UHGV virus genome: UHGV-0286546
Length of the DNA stretch: 64,000 nucleotides
DNA from: a virus
Strand: one strand, 5' to 3'
How positions within the stretch are numbered: the stretch's first letter is position 1; every line of letters begins with the position of its first letter. Position numbers and translations under genes: made by a program. Of the stretch, positions 54,444 to 63,535 are shown piece by piece. The notes under the pieces were generated by a model. It was not told where the DNA came from, did not search any database, and was given only the letters and a program-made list of their open reading frames with translations.

Positions 54444-55022
54444 ATGTACAATTCACACCTAATCACATTTTGTGTTTATAGACGTAATTCTGTTGTTTTT
54501 AAATACACAACATCAGATCGTTTTATACTACCGATTGCTGATTTATTTGATAATAAGGGGATTGTACTTTACGATGATATTTATTTTAAATTGAGTGATT
54601 TAAATAAATGTTTTAAATTAAGCAGTGATAAAACAAATAACCAAACTATAAAAAATGAATTACTTTCACTATTTAAATCACGAATTAGACATGCAAAACA
54701 ATTTAGTAAGCAAGTTCAAGTACACCCAATAATCGATATTTGTTATGCGGACGATAAGGATATTATTTCATTTATACGTTATATCAAAAAATGTGATTTG
54801 AGAAAGTTTATAGCATACCTTGCATCTACGTTTAAACTAAATAAATATCAATCCTTTTCATTATACAAAGCAGGTTTAAATAAAAAACAAGTTACTTTGA
54901 GTTTACGTACATTATTTGATGATGATACTACGGAATTATATCGAGTGATTAATGAAAAAGATATTTATAAAATGATATATGACTCGGTAAAAGGATATAC
55001 AAAGGAAGAAAATGAATCGTAA
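54444..55022 (+). CDS. array B protein (TELYRVINEKD motif)
   Basis: ORF. Confidence 0.5.
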   Translation: MYNSHLITFCVYRRNSVVFKYTTSDRFILPIADLFDNKGIVLYDDIYFKLSDLNKCFKLSSDKTNNQTIKNELLSLFKSRIRHAKQFSKQVQVHPIIDICYADDKDIISFIRYIKKCDLRKFIAYLASTFKLNKYQSFSLYKAGLNKKQVTLSLRTLFDDDTTELYRVINEKDIYKMIYDSVKGYTKEENES

Positions 55023-55281
55023 TATACCTGAATATATAAAAGATATATTTGTAAAAACAATACATTATGAAAAGTCACAGTGTATATTTAAATACCGTCA
55101 TAAGCAAAAATTATTTTCTGTTGAATTTCCCGGTACCTTGTATACATTTGAATGGTTTTCTATTAAGCAGATGTTAGCGCTGACTGGGTATAAAGTAATG
55201 TATAGGTATAACACTGTTTATATTTATGACGTTGATGATTTTGAATTATTGCACGGAGTATTGAAATTACATGTTAGTTAG
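55012..55281 (+). CDS. LRIKGY-family small protein
   Basis: ...FELLHGVLKLHVS. Confidence 0.5.
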   Translation: MNRNIPEYIKDIFVKTIHYEKSQCIFKYRHKQKLFSVEFPGTLYTFEWFSIKQMLALTGYKVMYRYNTVYIYDVDDFELLHGVLKLHVS

Positions 55282-55576
55282 TTATAAAGAAAAAGTAGCT
55301 TATTACAATTATATAAAAGATAAATTATGCAAAGACCTCAACTTGGAGATAATAGAGTTTACATGTGTTCGGGGTGAAGTTTTAATATCTTCTCTTGATC
55401 CTAGTACTTATACTAATTATGAGATCAAAGACACAATTAGAAATAATATATATGAATTAAATCTTATTGGTTATATTGTGGTTTCTATGGGTTATGACAA
55501 TAGATATATTAGTGTTAAAGTTTATGATCCTGCTCCAGAATTTATCACACTTCTAAGAATAGAAGGATATTTGTGA
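55271..55576 (+). CDS. LRIKGY-family small protein
   Basis: ...EFITLLRIEGYL. Confidence 0.55.
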   Translation: MLVSYKEKVAYYNYIKDKLCKDLNLEIIEFTCVRGEVLISSLDPSTYTNYEIKDTIRNNIYELNLIGYIVVSMGYDNRYISVKVYDPAPEFITLLRIEGYL

Positions 55577-56065
55577 ATGTATAAGTTCAATGAAAAAATA
55601 TATCTTGCAGTTAGTGGAAATCATAGAAATAAGGTTTTACATTATTTAAAAAATAGAGCAGAAATGTATAAAATCTATGTTCACAGGGATTATTTTAAAG
55701 ATGAAGAAATAATTACAATTAAACCGTGGGGTAAATCTGGTAGTGGAATGCGTTATGGTTTATATCAGGATTTAGATAGATATTCATTTTTAGCTTTAAA
55801 GAAAATGATGAAGTATCAAGGAAAAAGAATCATAGAGATAGTTCTAAAACCAGAGATAGTAGTAGCTTTATATTTAAATTACGGGGTAAAAATACACACA
55901 GTAGAAGGAGCGTTAATTGAATATATAAAGCAGATTTTTAAAAAAGATGTTTATGTAACTCATTCTTGGGAAGTTTGTACGTATTCGATTCATGAAACAA
56001 AGTATATATGTACAGAAACAAACACATTAGAAAAAGTTGAAAAACAATATATTGAAATTTTATAA
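55577..56065 (+). CDS. hypothetical protein
   Basis: ORF. Confidence 0.5.
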   Translation: MYKFNEKIYLAVSGNHRNKVLHYLKNRAEMYKIYVHRDYFKDEEIITIKPWGKSGSGMRYGLYQDLDRYSFLALKKMMKYQGKRIIEIVLKPEIVVALYLNYGVKIHTVEGALIEYIKQIFKKDVYVTHSWEVCTYSIHETKYICTETNTLEKVEKQYIEIL

Positions 56066-56078
56066 AGGAAAAAGAAAA

Positions 56079-56432
56079 ATGATCTTAAATAAAGGAAAAT
56101 ATACAAACATTAAAGTTGCTTTGGCAAATACTAGTATTATTAATAAAGATCCTCAGATTACTCTTTATTCAGATGATGCAAAGACCATTATTGGTAAAGC
56201 TAAAGTCGTAGATGAAAATCCTTTAACCTTAGATATTGAAATCGAAAAGAATTTAGAATTTTCTACTCCATATTTTAGAATTGTACCTATGAATTATACT
56301 CAACAAAATGGCTATATTATTTCTATACAATCTCTTAAATTAGTAGCTGACATTTCAGAATATACTCCTTTTGTTTTGTCTATTGAAGATAGCTTTAAAG
56401 CAAAGAGAACTACTAGAAAAGCTAGCAAATAA
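56079..56432 (+). CDS. hypothetical protein
   Basis: ATG after aaaggaaaaagaaaa. Confidence 0.45.
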   Translation: MILNKGKYTNIKVALANTSIINKDPQITLYSDDAKTIIGKAKVVDENPLTLDIEIEKNLEFSTPYFRIVPMNYTQQNGYIISIQSLKLVADISEYTPFVLSIEDSFKAKRTTRKASK

Positions 56433-56435
56433 CTG

Positions 56436-56464
56436 TTTTACAAAATAGACAAAATATTGTAAAT
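56436..56464 (+). promoter_or_regulatory. sigma70-like promoter GTTTTACA-N17-TAAATT
   Basis: followed by hairpin cccca/tgggg. Confidence 0.4.
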
Positions 56465-56538
56465 TATAAATATAAAGTTAATTGACCCCAGATATTATTA
56501 TTTAGTATTTGGGGTATTTTATGCAAAGGAATCAAGAA

Positions 56539-57147
56539 ATGAAAAAATTACCCAGCGAATATTTATTTGTTGCAAAAGATGGTAAAACATATTATAAAGC
56601 ATATCAAAAACATAAAAAAGAAATTGAACTTAATGGATATATATTAGCTTCGATTCCGGTTGTATTTGATAAAGAGGCTACTACAGAAGTATTGTTTAAA
56701 ATCATAGAAGATAATCCGCACCTAAAAGATTCTATGTTTTATTTTGATGAGTTTAATAAAGAATTTAATCAAGAAAGCGAAGATACTTATAAAGGTAAAT
56801 TAAACTTTTATTGGTGGGGCATTGAAGTTGAAGATAAAGTTATTGATACAATGATTCCTAAAATGGAAGTAGATATGATTGACGAAACAGGCGAGCGTTA
56901 TAGTATTGAATTTTTATCTGTAAATAAATTGAAAAATCTTAAAATCAACGTTGATCCTACTTTCAATATTTATGACAAAGAAAATAAACCGGTATATACT
57001 CTTGTTAGTTATCCGACGCTGTTCCATATTTTGTATGGATTTTTCTGGGAAGTAAGTTTTTTCGGTAATCCAGAAGATAGAGAAAATAAATCAAATGAAT
57101 TACAAGAAGCGTTAAAAGGTATTAAGAAGGAATTCGACATTGAATAA
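56539..57147 (+). CDS. hypothetical protein
   Basis: ATG after aaggaatcaagaa; listed TTG start 56509 lies inside hairpin. Confidence 0.5.
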   Translation: MKKLPSEYLFVAKDGKTYYKAYQKHKKEIELNGYILASIPVVFDKEATTEVLFKIIEDNPHLKDSMFYFDEFNKEFNQESEDTYKGKLNFYWWGIEVEDKVIDTMIPKMEVDMIDETGERYSIEFLSVNKLKNLKINVDPTFNIYDKENKPVYTLVSYPTLFHILYGFFWEVSFFGNPEDRENKSNELQEALKGIKKEFDIE

Positions 57148-57526
57148 AAATAATGTATTATTAGTTGAAGATAATTTAAGTGTTGCAGCAATTTTTAAAA
57201 TATTAGCAAAAAGAATGGGTATTAACTTAGTCCATCAAACTTCGGCAGAGCGTACTTTAGAATTAGAAGATACTCCACATGCACCTATTTCTTTGGCAAA
57301 TCTTATTATATTGGATTTTGATTTAGTAGGTGAAAATACTCTACCTATTTTACAATATATTAAAGATAATAATATAAATACTCCTGTTATTATGAATAGT
57401 GCAAACCCTAGTATAAAGGATACTATTGATAAAAACGGTTTTACAGATATAATAAAAGAATATAAAGATAAAAATTGTTCATTACAAGAAACACAGGATA
57501 TAATTTTAAAATACCTCGAGGCATAA
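57140..57526 (+). CDS. stand-alone CheY-like receiver (REC) domain protein
   Basis: VLLVEDN acidic pocket, LIILDFDL phospho-acceptor Asp region, PVIMNS, ~128 aa. Confidence 0.55.
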   Translation: MNKNNVLLVEDNLSVAAIFKILAKRMGINLVHQTSAERTLELEDTPHAPISLANLIILDFDLVGENTLPILQYIKDNNINTPVIMNSANPSIKDTIDKNGFTDIIKEYKDKNCSLQETQDIILKYLEA

Positions 57527-57532
57527 GTTTAA

Positions 57533-57718
57533 ATGATTAGTAAAGAAATTGATGAGAGACAAGAAGCACAACAGCTTAATGACTTTTATAATCAAGATGC
57601 AGATTTTATTTTGACAAAAGAAGAAAAGATTGCTAGAATAAAAAAGAACAAAGAGAATTACTATAAAGAACGATTAGCTAAGATGGTATTTGATTCGAAA
57701 GGTAGACAAGGTAAATGA
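57533..57718 (+). CDS. small hypothetical protein
   Basis: ORF. Confidence 0.4.
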   Translation: MISKEIDERQEAQQLNDFYNQDADFILTKEEKIARIKKNKENYYKERLAKMVFDSKGRQGK

Positions 57719-57882
57719 CTACGGAATTAGAAGCTAAGTTAATAGACCAAAACGAAAAGTTAACTAAAACTTTATTACAAATCAAAACTATAATTCAAAA
57801 CGGTAATAGAATTGATTTGGAAATGCTTAAAAAAGAAATAACATTAATAATCGATCAAGAGTTGAAACTAGATGGTAAATAA
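57715..57882 (+). CDS. small hypothetical coiled-coil protein (55 aa)
   Basis: ATGA overlap; below track cutoff. Confidence 0.35.
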   Translation: MTTELEAKLIDQNEKLTKTLLQIKTIIQNGNRIDLEMLKKEITLIIDQELKLDGK

Positions 57883-58177
57883 TTTTGTAATCGAAATCGA
57901 AAAAGAATTAAAAAAACAAATAATATCTGAATTGATATTTAATACAGATAGACTTTTGGATAATGAACCTTTTTTTATGAAAGGTACTGATATCGAATTT
58001 GTAGATAATTCCTGCGTTTTTACTTTCTTTACGTTTTCTACAATAAAAAATATTGTCTTAGAGCTTTTTAAAAATAGACTTAAAAATGTAGAGATCAAAG
58101 ATAGTGCAAATACAATTACTCTTTGCGGTGTTTCTTCTTATGATGATTTAATAGGATTATTAACTATATGCAAATAA
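57872..58177 (+). CDS. small protein (weak LRIK-like C-terminus LIGLLTICK)
   Basis: ORF. Confidence 0.45.
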   Translation: MVNNFVIEIEKELKKQIISELIFNTDRLLDNEPFFMKGTDIEFVDNSCVFTFFTFSTIKNIVLELFKNRLKNVEIKDSANTITLCGVSSYDDLIGLLTICK

Positions 58178-58437
58178 GCAATAAACTTATTATGGAATTA
58201 TCTAAAACCGCTTTGAAATATGCCATACTCTTAGATATTTCATACAATAATAATATCTTAAGTTTTAAAATCAATTCAAAAAGTTATGATTGGGGAATAG
58301 GTAAGTTTTTATCTAGTTGTTTTACAGTTTTATCAAAATATTATAATATTACATATAATAAAGGTTGTTTTACAGTTAACGATCTTACAAATGAAACTCT
58401 ATTTATTAAAAGGCTGAAAAAAATTGACAATCGATGA
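58168..58437 (+). CDS. small protein (LFIKRLKKIDNR C-terminus)
   Basis: ORF. Confidence 0.45.
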   Translation: MQISNKLIMELSKTALKYAILLDISYNNNILSFKINSKSYDWGIGKFLSSCFTVLSKYYNITYNKGCFTVNDLTNETLFIKRLKKIDNR

Positions 58438-58750
58438 AGAAACATTTGAAACTGTGTTTAGAAAGTTTTGGTATCCTTTTTCACTCTATTTGTTGACTCT
58501 CACATTTAAAGAAACAACAAAAGCACTATTTATTATTTGTAAATTCGAAGATGAGCGTATTGAATCTTCTAGTATAAATACAATTCAAAAGGCTTTTCAT
58601 GTTGCAGTTTTAAAAGACCATTTAAATAAATATCCAGAATTAAAAGATCAAATAAGAATAATAAATGAGTATGTAAACAAGAATAGTAAAATTACATTTG
58701 AAATTAAAGATCCTGACTTATTTTATGCATATATGAGATTGAAAGTATAA
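58424..58750 (+). CDS. LRIKGY-family small protein
   Basis: ...DLFYAYMRLKV. Confidence 0.5.
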   Translation: MTIDEETFETVFRKFWYPFSLYLLTLTFKETTKALFIICKFEDERIESSSINTIQKAFHVAVLKDHLNKYPELKDQIRIINEYVNKNSKITFEIKDPDLFYAYMRLKV

Positions 58751-58752
58751 AT

Positions 58753-59145
58753 ATGATTTTTATAGCAGATGTTATCAGAGATAATAAGAAAGTTGAAGTA
58801 ACCGGTCCCTTTGAAAAAGTTATCAAACAATGCATGCCAGATGTAGATCCTAAAGAATATGTACGTGGATTTTTTATATTTTTAAATTACTTTAATATTA
58901 CGGAAAATTCGTCTGGGCATGCTTATTGGTATTGTAATGATTCAGGCAGAAGATATGTTACTTTAGATTTCAGTGACATTTATCATAATGCTTTATATGA
59001 AATTGCTAGTTTTAAATATTTTAAAGATGCCGGAATAAAACCACAGTATACTACAATCTATAATAAAACACGTTATAGTTTAACCATTCCGGTACAAGAA
59101 GATTGGGAAGTTTTTCTTGGATATATAAAGATTACAAACTATTAA
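58753..59145 (+). CDS. LRIKGY-family small protein
   Basis: ...VFLGYIKITNY. Confidence 0.5.
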   Translation: MIFIADVIRDNKKVEVTGPFEKVIKQCMPDVDPKEYVRGFFIFLNYFNITENSSGHAYWYCNDSGRRYVTLDFSDIYHNALYEIASFKYFKDAGIKPQYTTIYNKTRYSLTIPVQEDWEVFLGYIKITNY

Positions 59146-59154
59146 ATAAACTGT

Positions 59155-59185
59155 TTTACAAAAAATGTTATCGACGTTATACTAT
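59155..59185 (+). promoter_or_regulatory. sigma70-like promoter GTTTTACA-N17-TATACT
   Basis: consensus hexamers. Confidence 0.45.
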
Positions 59186-59215
59186 ATTTAATAACAATGA
59201 TTGAAAGGAAAATAA

Positions 59216-59836
59216 ATGAACAAACTAGTTAAAATAAAAGTAGACGGAATGATTTTTGATTCTTTAGTAAAAGCTGCGAAGTTTATTAAATGTAATGCTT
59301 ATTCGATTAGTAATAAGTTTACATCTGCTAAAAGCAATAAAATTGAATTTAAAGGTCATTCTGTTGAAAAAATCGAAGCAAATGATTTGATGATTAAATC
59401 GAATCGTGGTAGAAAAAGAGTTAAAGTAAAATGTGTTACTACCGGTGAAATTTTCAATTCTATTTCAGATGCAGCTAAAGCACTTGGTATCAACGCATGG
59501 ACTTTTGGTCTTAAAATGGAAACGAACGGTAAGTATGTTGATGCTCAAGGCAAAGAATATGTTCGTGAAACACCGATTAATAGAAGTAGTAATACTGAAT
59601 ATAAAAAGACTAAAAACGACACGATTATATCTAAGCCACGTCATGAAATGATTAAAGATACAATTATTGAAACTGTAGAAAATCTCGATGTAGAAAAAAC
59701 AGTTGAAAAAATGGTTGCATCAAAAACCGAAGAAATTCGTGATCTTGAAAAAGTTGCTACTAAATTGGCGGCAAAGAGCAAGTACAGTGAAGCAGCTATG
59801 ATTTATGAATTGCTGAATACTCTCACTACAAAATAA
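59216..59836 (+). CDS. DNA-binding protein with two NUMOD1-like HTH motifs
   Basis: IFDSLVKAAKFI and IFNSISDAAKALGIN repeats; similar to 27894..28523. Confidence 0.55.
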   Translation: MNKLVKIKVDGMIFDSLVKAAKFIKCNAYSISNKFTSAKSNKIEFKGHSVEKIEANDLMIKSNRGRKRVKVKCVTTGEIFNSISDAAKALGINAWTFGLKMETNGKYVDAQGKEYVRETPINRSSNTEYKKTKNDTIISKPRHEMIKDTIIETVENLDVEKTVEKMVASKTEEIRDLEKVATKLAAKSKYSEAAMIYELLNTLTTK

Positions 59837-59856
59837 TAAAGTTTATCCTTCAAATT

Positions 59857-59890
59857 GGACTCGGTTTTTAATGAATCGGGTCCTTTTTGT
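59857..59890 (+). terminator. rho-independent terminator
   Basis: ggactcg-loop-cgggtcc + T5GT4. Confidence 0.6.
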
Positions 59891-59920
59891 TTTACATATC
59901 AAATTAATTATGATAAATAT
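59891..59920 (+). promoter_or_regulatory. sigma70-like promoter GTTTTACA-N17-TAAATA
   Basis: immediately after terminator. Confidence 0.4.
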
Positions 59921-59954
59921 TAAATAATGTTAAACAAATGAAAGAGTTAGAAAA

Positions 59955-61184
59955 ATGACAAAAATTACAGTACTTGATAATGGTTTTAAGATTATTACCG
60001 AAAAAAGAAATTTCAACAATGTTTCTATGGGTGTTTTTGTAAAGGTCGGGCTTTTTAATGAAACAGATGAAATGAATGGTATATCTCACTTTCTTGAACA
60101 CATGGCATTTAAAGGTACCAAAACCAAAACAGCTCAAGAATTAGTAGATAGTATTGAAAAACTCGGTGGTAATTGTAATGCATTCACCAGTACTACACAT
60201 ACAGCATATTTAGTTAACCTTCTTCCTGAGCATTGGAAAGCAGGTGTAGATTTCCTTTCTGATATTATTAAAAACTCTACTTTCCCAAAAGAAGAAATCG
60301 AAAGAGAACGAAATGTAATCCTTCAAGAAATTGCTATGTATGAAGATAATATCAGTAGTGTTAGTTGGAATGAAATCATTAGTAATGCCTTTAAAGGACA
60401 AGCTCTAGGTAGAAAAGTAATCGGTACAGAAGAAAACGTAAAACGATTTACTAGAAATGATTTAATTAAATATATGACAGATGGATATGTTGCCAATAAA
60501 ATGACTTTTTCTATTTGTGGTAATGTTAAACACGAAGAAGTTGTAAAATACGTAAAAGCTGCTTTTTCTAATTTAAATACAGAATTTAAGTTACAGGAAT
60601 TTTCTTCTAAATACAAATCACCTAAAAAGAGAAAAGAAATTGAAACCAAGTTTGATCAGGCACATGTTTGTTTGACTGTTCCTGGACGTAAAATGTTCGA
60701 AAGAAGTAATTATGTTCATTCCATTTTTAATAATATTCTTGATGGTGGTATGTCAACACGGTTGTTTCAAGAAGTACGTGAACGTAATGGATTAGGATAT
60801 GCAACTTCTACTATTGCAGAAAGTGAACCTAATACCGGTATTTATGGCGTTTGGGCAGCAGTTGATAAAGAAGACATTGAAAAAACAGTAGAAGTCTTAG
60901 GAGCCACATTTAAATCAATGATGCAAAATATTGGTGACGATGAGTTTGAAAAAGCCAAGAATATCACTTTATATAATCTTACAAGTAAAGAAGATGATTG
61001 TTATTCAGTAATGGATGCTAATGCAGTTTGTGGTATATTTGATAAGAAACGTAAATCATTAAAGACTAAAAAAGCAATCATTAATAAAATTACAAAGCAA
61101 GATGTTATTGAATATGCTAAATCTTTGTGTGATAAAAAAATGGATATTGTAATTGTTAAACCTAAAGTCGAAGAAAGGATTTAA
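59955..61184 (+). CDS. M16-family (pitrilysin/insulinase-like) zinc peptidase
   Basis: Inverted zincin motif HFLEHMAFKG (HxxEH) near N-terminus; 409 aa; second-domain R/Y motifs. Confidence 0.75.
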   Translation: MTKITVLDNGFKIITEKRNFNNVSMGVFVKVGLFNETDEMNGISHFLEHMAFKGTKTKTAQELVDSIEKLGGNCNAFTSTTHTAYLVNLLPEHWKAGVDFLSDIIKNSTFPKEEIERERNVILQEIAMYEDNISSVSWNEIISNAFKGQALGRKVIGTEENVKRFTRNDLIKYMTDGYVANKMTFSICGNVKHEEVVKYVKAAFSNLNTEFKLQEFSSKYKSPKKRKEIETKFDQAHVCLTVPGRKMFERSNYVHSIFNNILDGGMSTRLFQEVRERNGLGYATSTIAESEPNTGIYGVWAAVDKEDIEKTVEVLGATFKSMMQNIGDDEFEKAKNITLYNLTSKEDDCYSVMDANAVCGIFDKKRKSLKTKKAIINKITKQDVIEYAKSLCDKKMDIVIVKPKVEERI

Positions 61185-61186
61185 AA

Positions 61187-61903
61187 ATGAAAAAGGAAAA
61201 AACTTTGGAACCTAATGAATATTTTCATGGATTAAAAGATAAGATTCAAAAGACTGATTTGGCTACAATTGAAGAAGATATTAAGATGGTAACAAATCTC
61301 ATCGAAGAAGCTAAAGAAATTGGTCAAAATGCTCTTGCTAAAAACTATGAAGATCTAGCAATTACTTATTTTAAAGAAAGAGTCATTTTTAAGCATGGAT
61401 ATTCTAAATATGTTAAAAAAGATGATATTGAAAAATATATTAGAAATGTTAAAGATCAAGTAGTTAAAATTTGTGAATTGGAATTGTTTCCGAGGACTTT
61501 GCCTAAAGAAGTATCGGATAAGATTAAAGAGTTGAAAAAACTTAAAATCTTTGATGATATGTGGGTTGTTTTTATTGACTATGAACAAAAAGAAAACCTT
61601 ACAAAAGAAGAAAAGGAAATGAGATCAAAGAATAGAGACCCTATCCTTTTTGCTACTTTTGAAGAATGTATGGATCGCTTTTATTTCATTGCAGATTGGG
61701 ATGACGATATTTGTGATTTAAGATTTGAAGATATGGTTACAGAATTAAAGAAACTTGATAAAAAATACGCTGTTAAAGAGATCATTAAAGACGGCGAAAA
61801 ATATATGCAAGAATTAATTAAAGAGCGTAATCATAAACCGGTGAAACTTTCAGATAAGATTAAAGCAACATGGAAAAGTCTGTTAGATATTTGGAAGGAA
61901 TAA
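61187..61903 (+). CDS. hypothetical protein
   Basis: ORF 3 nt after peptidase gene. Confidence 0.55.
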   Translation: MKKEKTLEPNEYFHGLKDKIQKTDLATIEEDIKMVTNLIEEAKEIGQNALAKNYEDLAITYFKERVIFKHGYSKYVKKDDIEKYIRNVKDQVVKICELELFPRTLPKEVSDKIKELKKLKIFDDMWVVFIDYEQKENLTKEEKEMRSKNRDPILFATFEECMDRFYFIADWDDDICDLRFEDMVTELKKLDKKYAVKEIIKDGEKYMQELIKERNHKPVKLSDKIKATWKSLLDIWKE

Positions 61904-62835
61904 GCTTTGCGCGTGTAAAGGAGCGTTTTAATGATTATCTTCGGTGCAAAGAAGAATTGAAAGACAACACTAGAATGCTCCATTGTCTTGTTAAGAATAC
62001 TGGACAAATCGATGCGTTACTTGTACCTCATAATAAAGAATTTGCATCTCTCACTAAACACTGGGAACGCCTACCAGTAAACATTGATCGTACTATCGAT
62101 AATGTTTTTAAGAAATTAATATATAAAAAGTCTAAAACAGATGATCTAACTGAGATAATACGCGCTAATATACAGTTTCATGAGGATCATATGGCGCAAC
62201 AACTATATAATAGGACTATAAACGATGCTAGAGAAGAACGTCGTCGAAATTTAGAAATACAATTAGAAAATCCTGGTACAGTTGGTGTTTACAATGACAA
62301 TGACGAATTAATAGACGTTGTTGACAGTGAAGAATATGCAGAATACTTAGAAGCACATAAGAATTTTCAACGCTTTGGTTATTCTCATATTGAATTATTA
62401 CGACGTAAACAACTAGAATATTCTATCGAAGAAGGATCAATGTATAGACCAGATTTTAGTTATGAACAAAATAAATATATAAATAAGGAATTGTCACGAG
62501 ATAGTAAATTTTGGCATAAATTTCTAAAGAAGACAAGCCTGAATCAAATGTATTGCAAAGAATGTGGTATGCCAATAGACGATTGTGAAAGACACGTTTG
62601 TGATACATATGATATACCAACAAAAGTAGAACAAATCTTTACTAGACTGTCTATAAAACATTTTGTACAACCTAAGATGTTTGGGGTAAAGCGTTACGAA
62701 CTTTTAAGAAAGAAAGTAACTAAAATCACAATACCAGAAAATTATGAAATACCAGAATATAAAAAAGAAATATTAGCAATGAATGACATAAGACGTGATA
62801 ATTATAATCCAGAAGAAAATTTTAATATAGTATAA
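61870..62835 (+). CDS. hypothetical protein
   Basis: ORF overlapping upstream by 34 nt (start uncertain). Confidence 0.5.
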   Translation: MEKSVRYLEGISFARVKERFNDYLRCKEELKDNTRMLHCLVKNTGQIDALLVPHNKEFASLTKHWERLPVNIDRTIDNVFKKLIYKKSKTDDLTEIIRANIQFHEDHMAQQLYNRTINDAREERRRNLEIQLENPGTVGVYNDNDELIDVVDSEEYAEYLEAHKNFQRFGYSHIELLRRKQLEYSIEEGSMYRPDFSYEQNKYINKELSRDSKFWHKFLKKTSLNQMYCKECGMPIDDCERHVCDTYDIPTKVEQIFTRLSIKHFVQPKMFGVKRYELLRKKVTKITIPENYEIPEYKKEILAMNDIRRDNYNPEENFNIV

Positions 62836-62903
62836 AATCGGTTTTATTTATTGATAATATAAGTTATAATAAAGATGTTTTAAAAATTAAGAAAGGGAAT
62901 AAA

Positions 62904-63470
62904 ATGTTCAAATCCAAGACTAGCGTTTTGCTTACAACAATTTTTGGGGTTTTGTTTATCGCAGGATTTTGGCTTGTAAGCACTTATGTTTCAACTGTAA
63001 ATAAAGAAGTTGATTTGTTTTCGATGATTACAGAAAAACAGAAAAGTAATCAACAGATTCATGATAAGATGTGGAAGATTATTCAGCAGAGTGGTAATAT
63101 TGCGGAAAAGGAAAAAGAGGCTTTTATGTCTGTAGTAACTGCATATATGGCACCACGTGAAGGAAATACACTTGATGGTCGTGGCTCTTTCATGAGTATG
63201 CTTAAGGAAGCTTATCCTAATACTTTGCCAGAATTAAACTATACAAATGTACTTAATGTAATGGAAGCAGGAAGAGCAGAATTTCAACGTAATATGACTG
63301 AGTTGTTTGATATTTGTAGAGAATATACTCGTTTGACCGAACGTATTCCTACCAAATGGTTTGTAAATGCTCGTCCAGAAAAAGCAGAACTTTGTAAAAC
63401 AGTTACATCTACTCGTACCGTTAAATCCTTTGATACGGGTGTAGACGATAACGTAGGTATTGATTGGTAA
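62904..63470 (+). CDS. N-terminally membrane-anchored protein (LemA-like topology)
   Basis: single N-terminal TM helix then soluble domain. Confidence 0.5.
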   Translation: MFKSKTSVLLTTIFGVLFIAGFWLVSTYVSTVNKEVDLFSMITEKQKSNQQIHDKMWKIIQQSGNIAEKEKEAFMSVVTAYMAPREGNTLDGRGSFMSMLKEAYPNTLPELNYTNVLNVMEAGRAEFQRNMTELFDICREYTRLTERIPTKWFVNARPEKAELCKTVTSTRTVKSFDTGVDDNVGIDW

Positions 63471-63491
63471 TTTAATTTTTCCATCAGGTTT

Positions 63492-63520
63492 GGCGGAACC
63501 TTAAAAACCGCCTTTTCTTT
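63492..63520 (+). terminator. rho-independent terminator
   Basis: ggcgg-loop-ccgcc + T-run. Confidence 0.55.
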
Positions 63521-63535
63521 TCAGAAAGGGATAGC

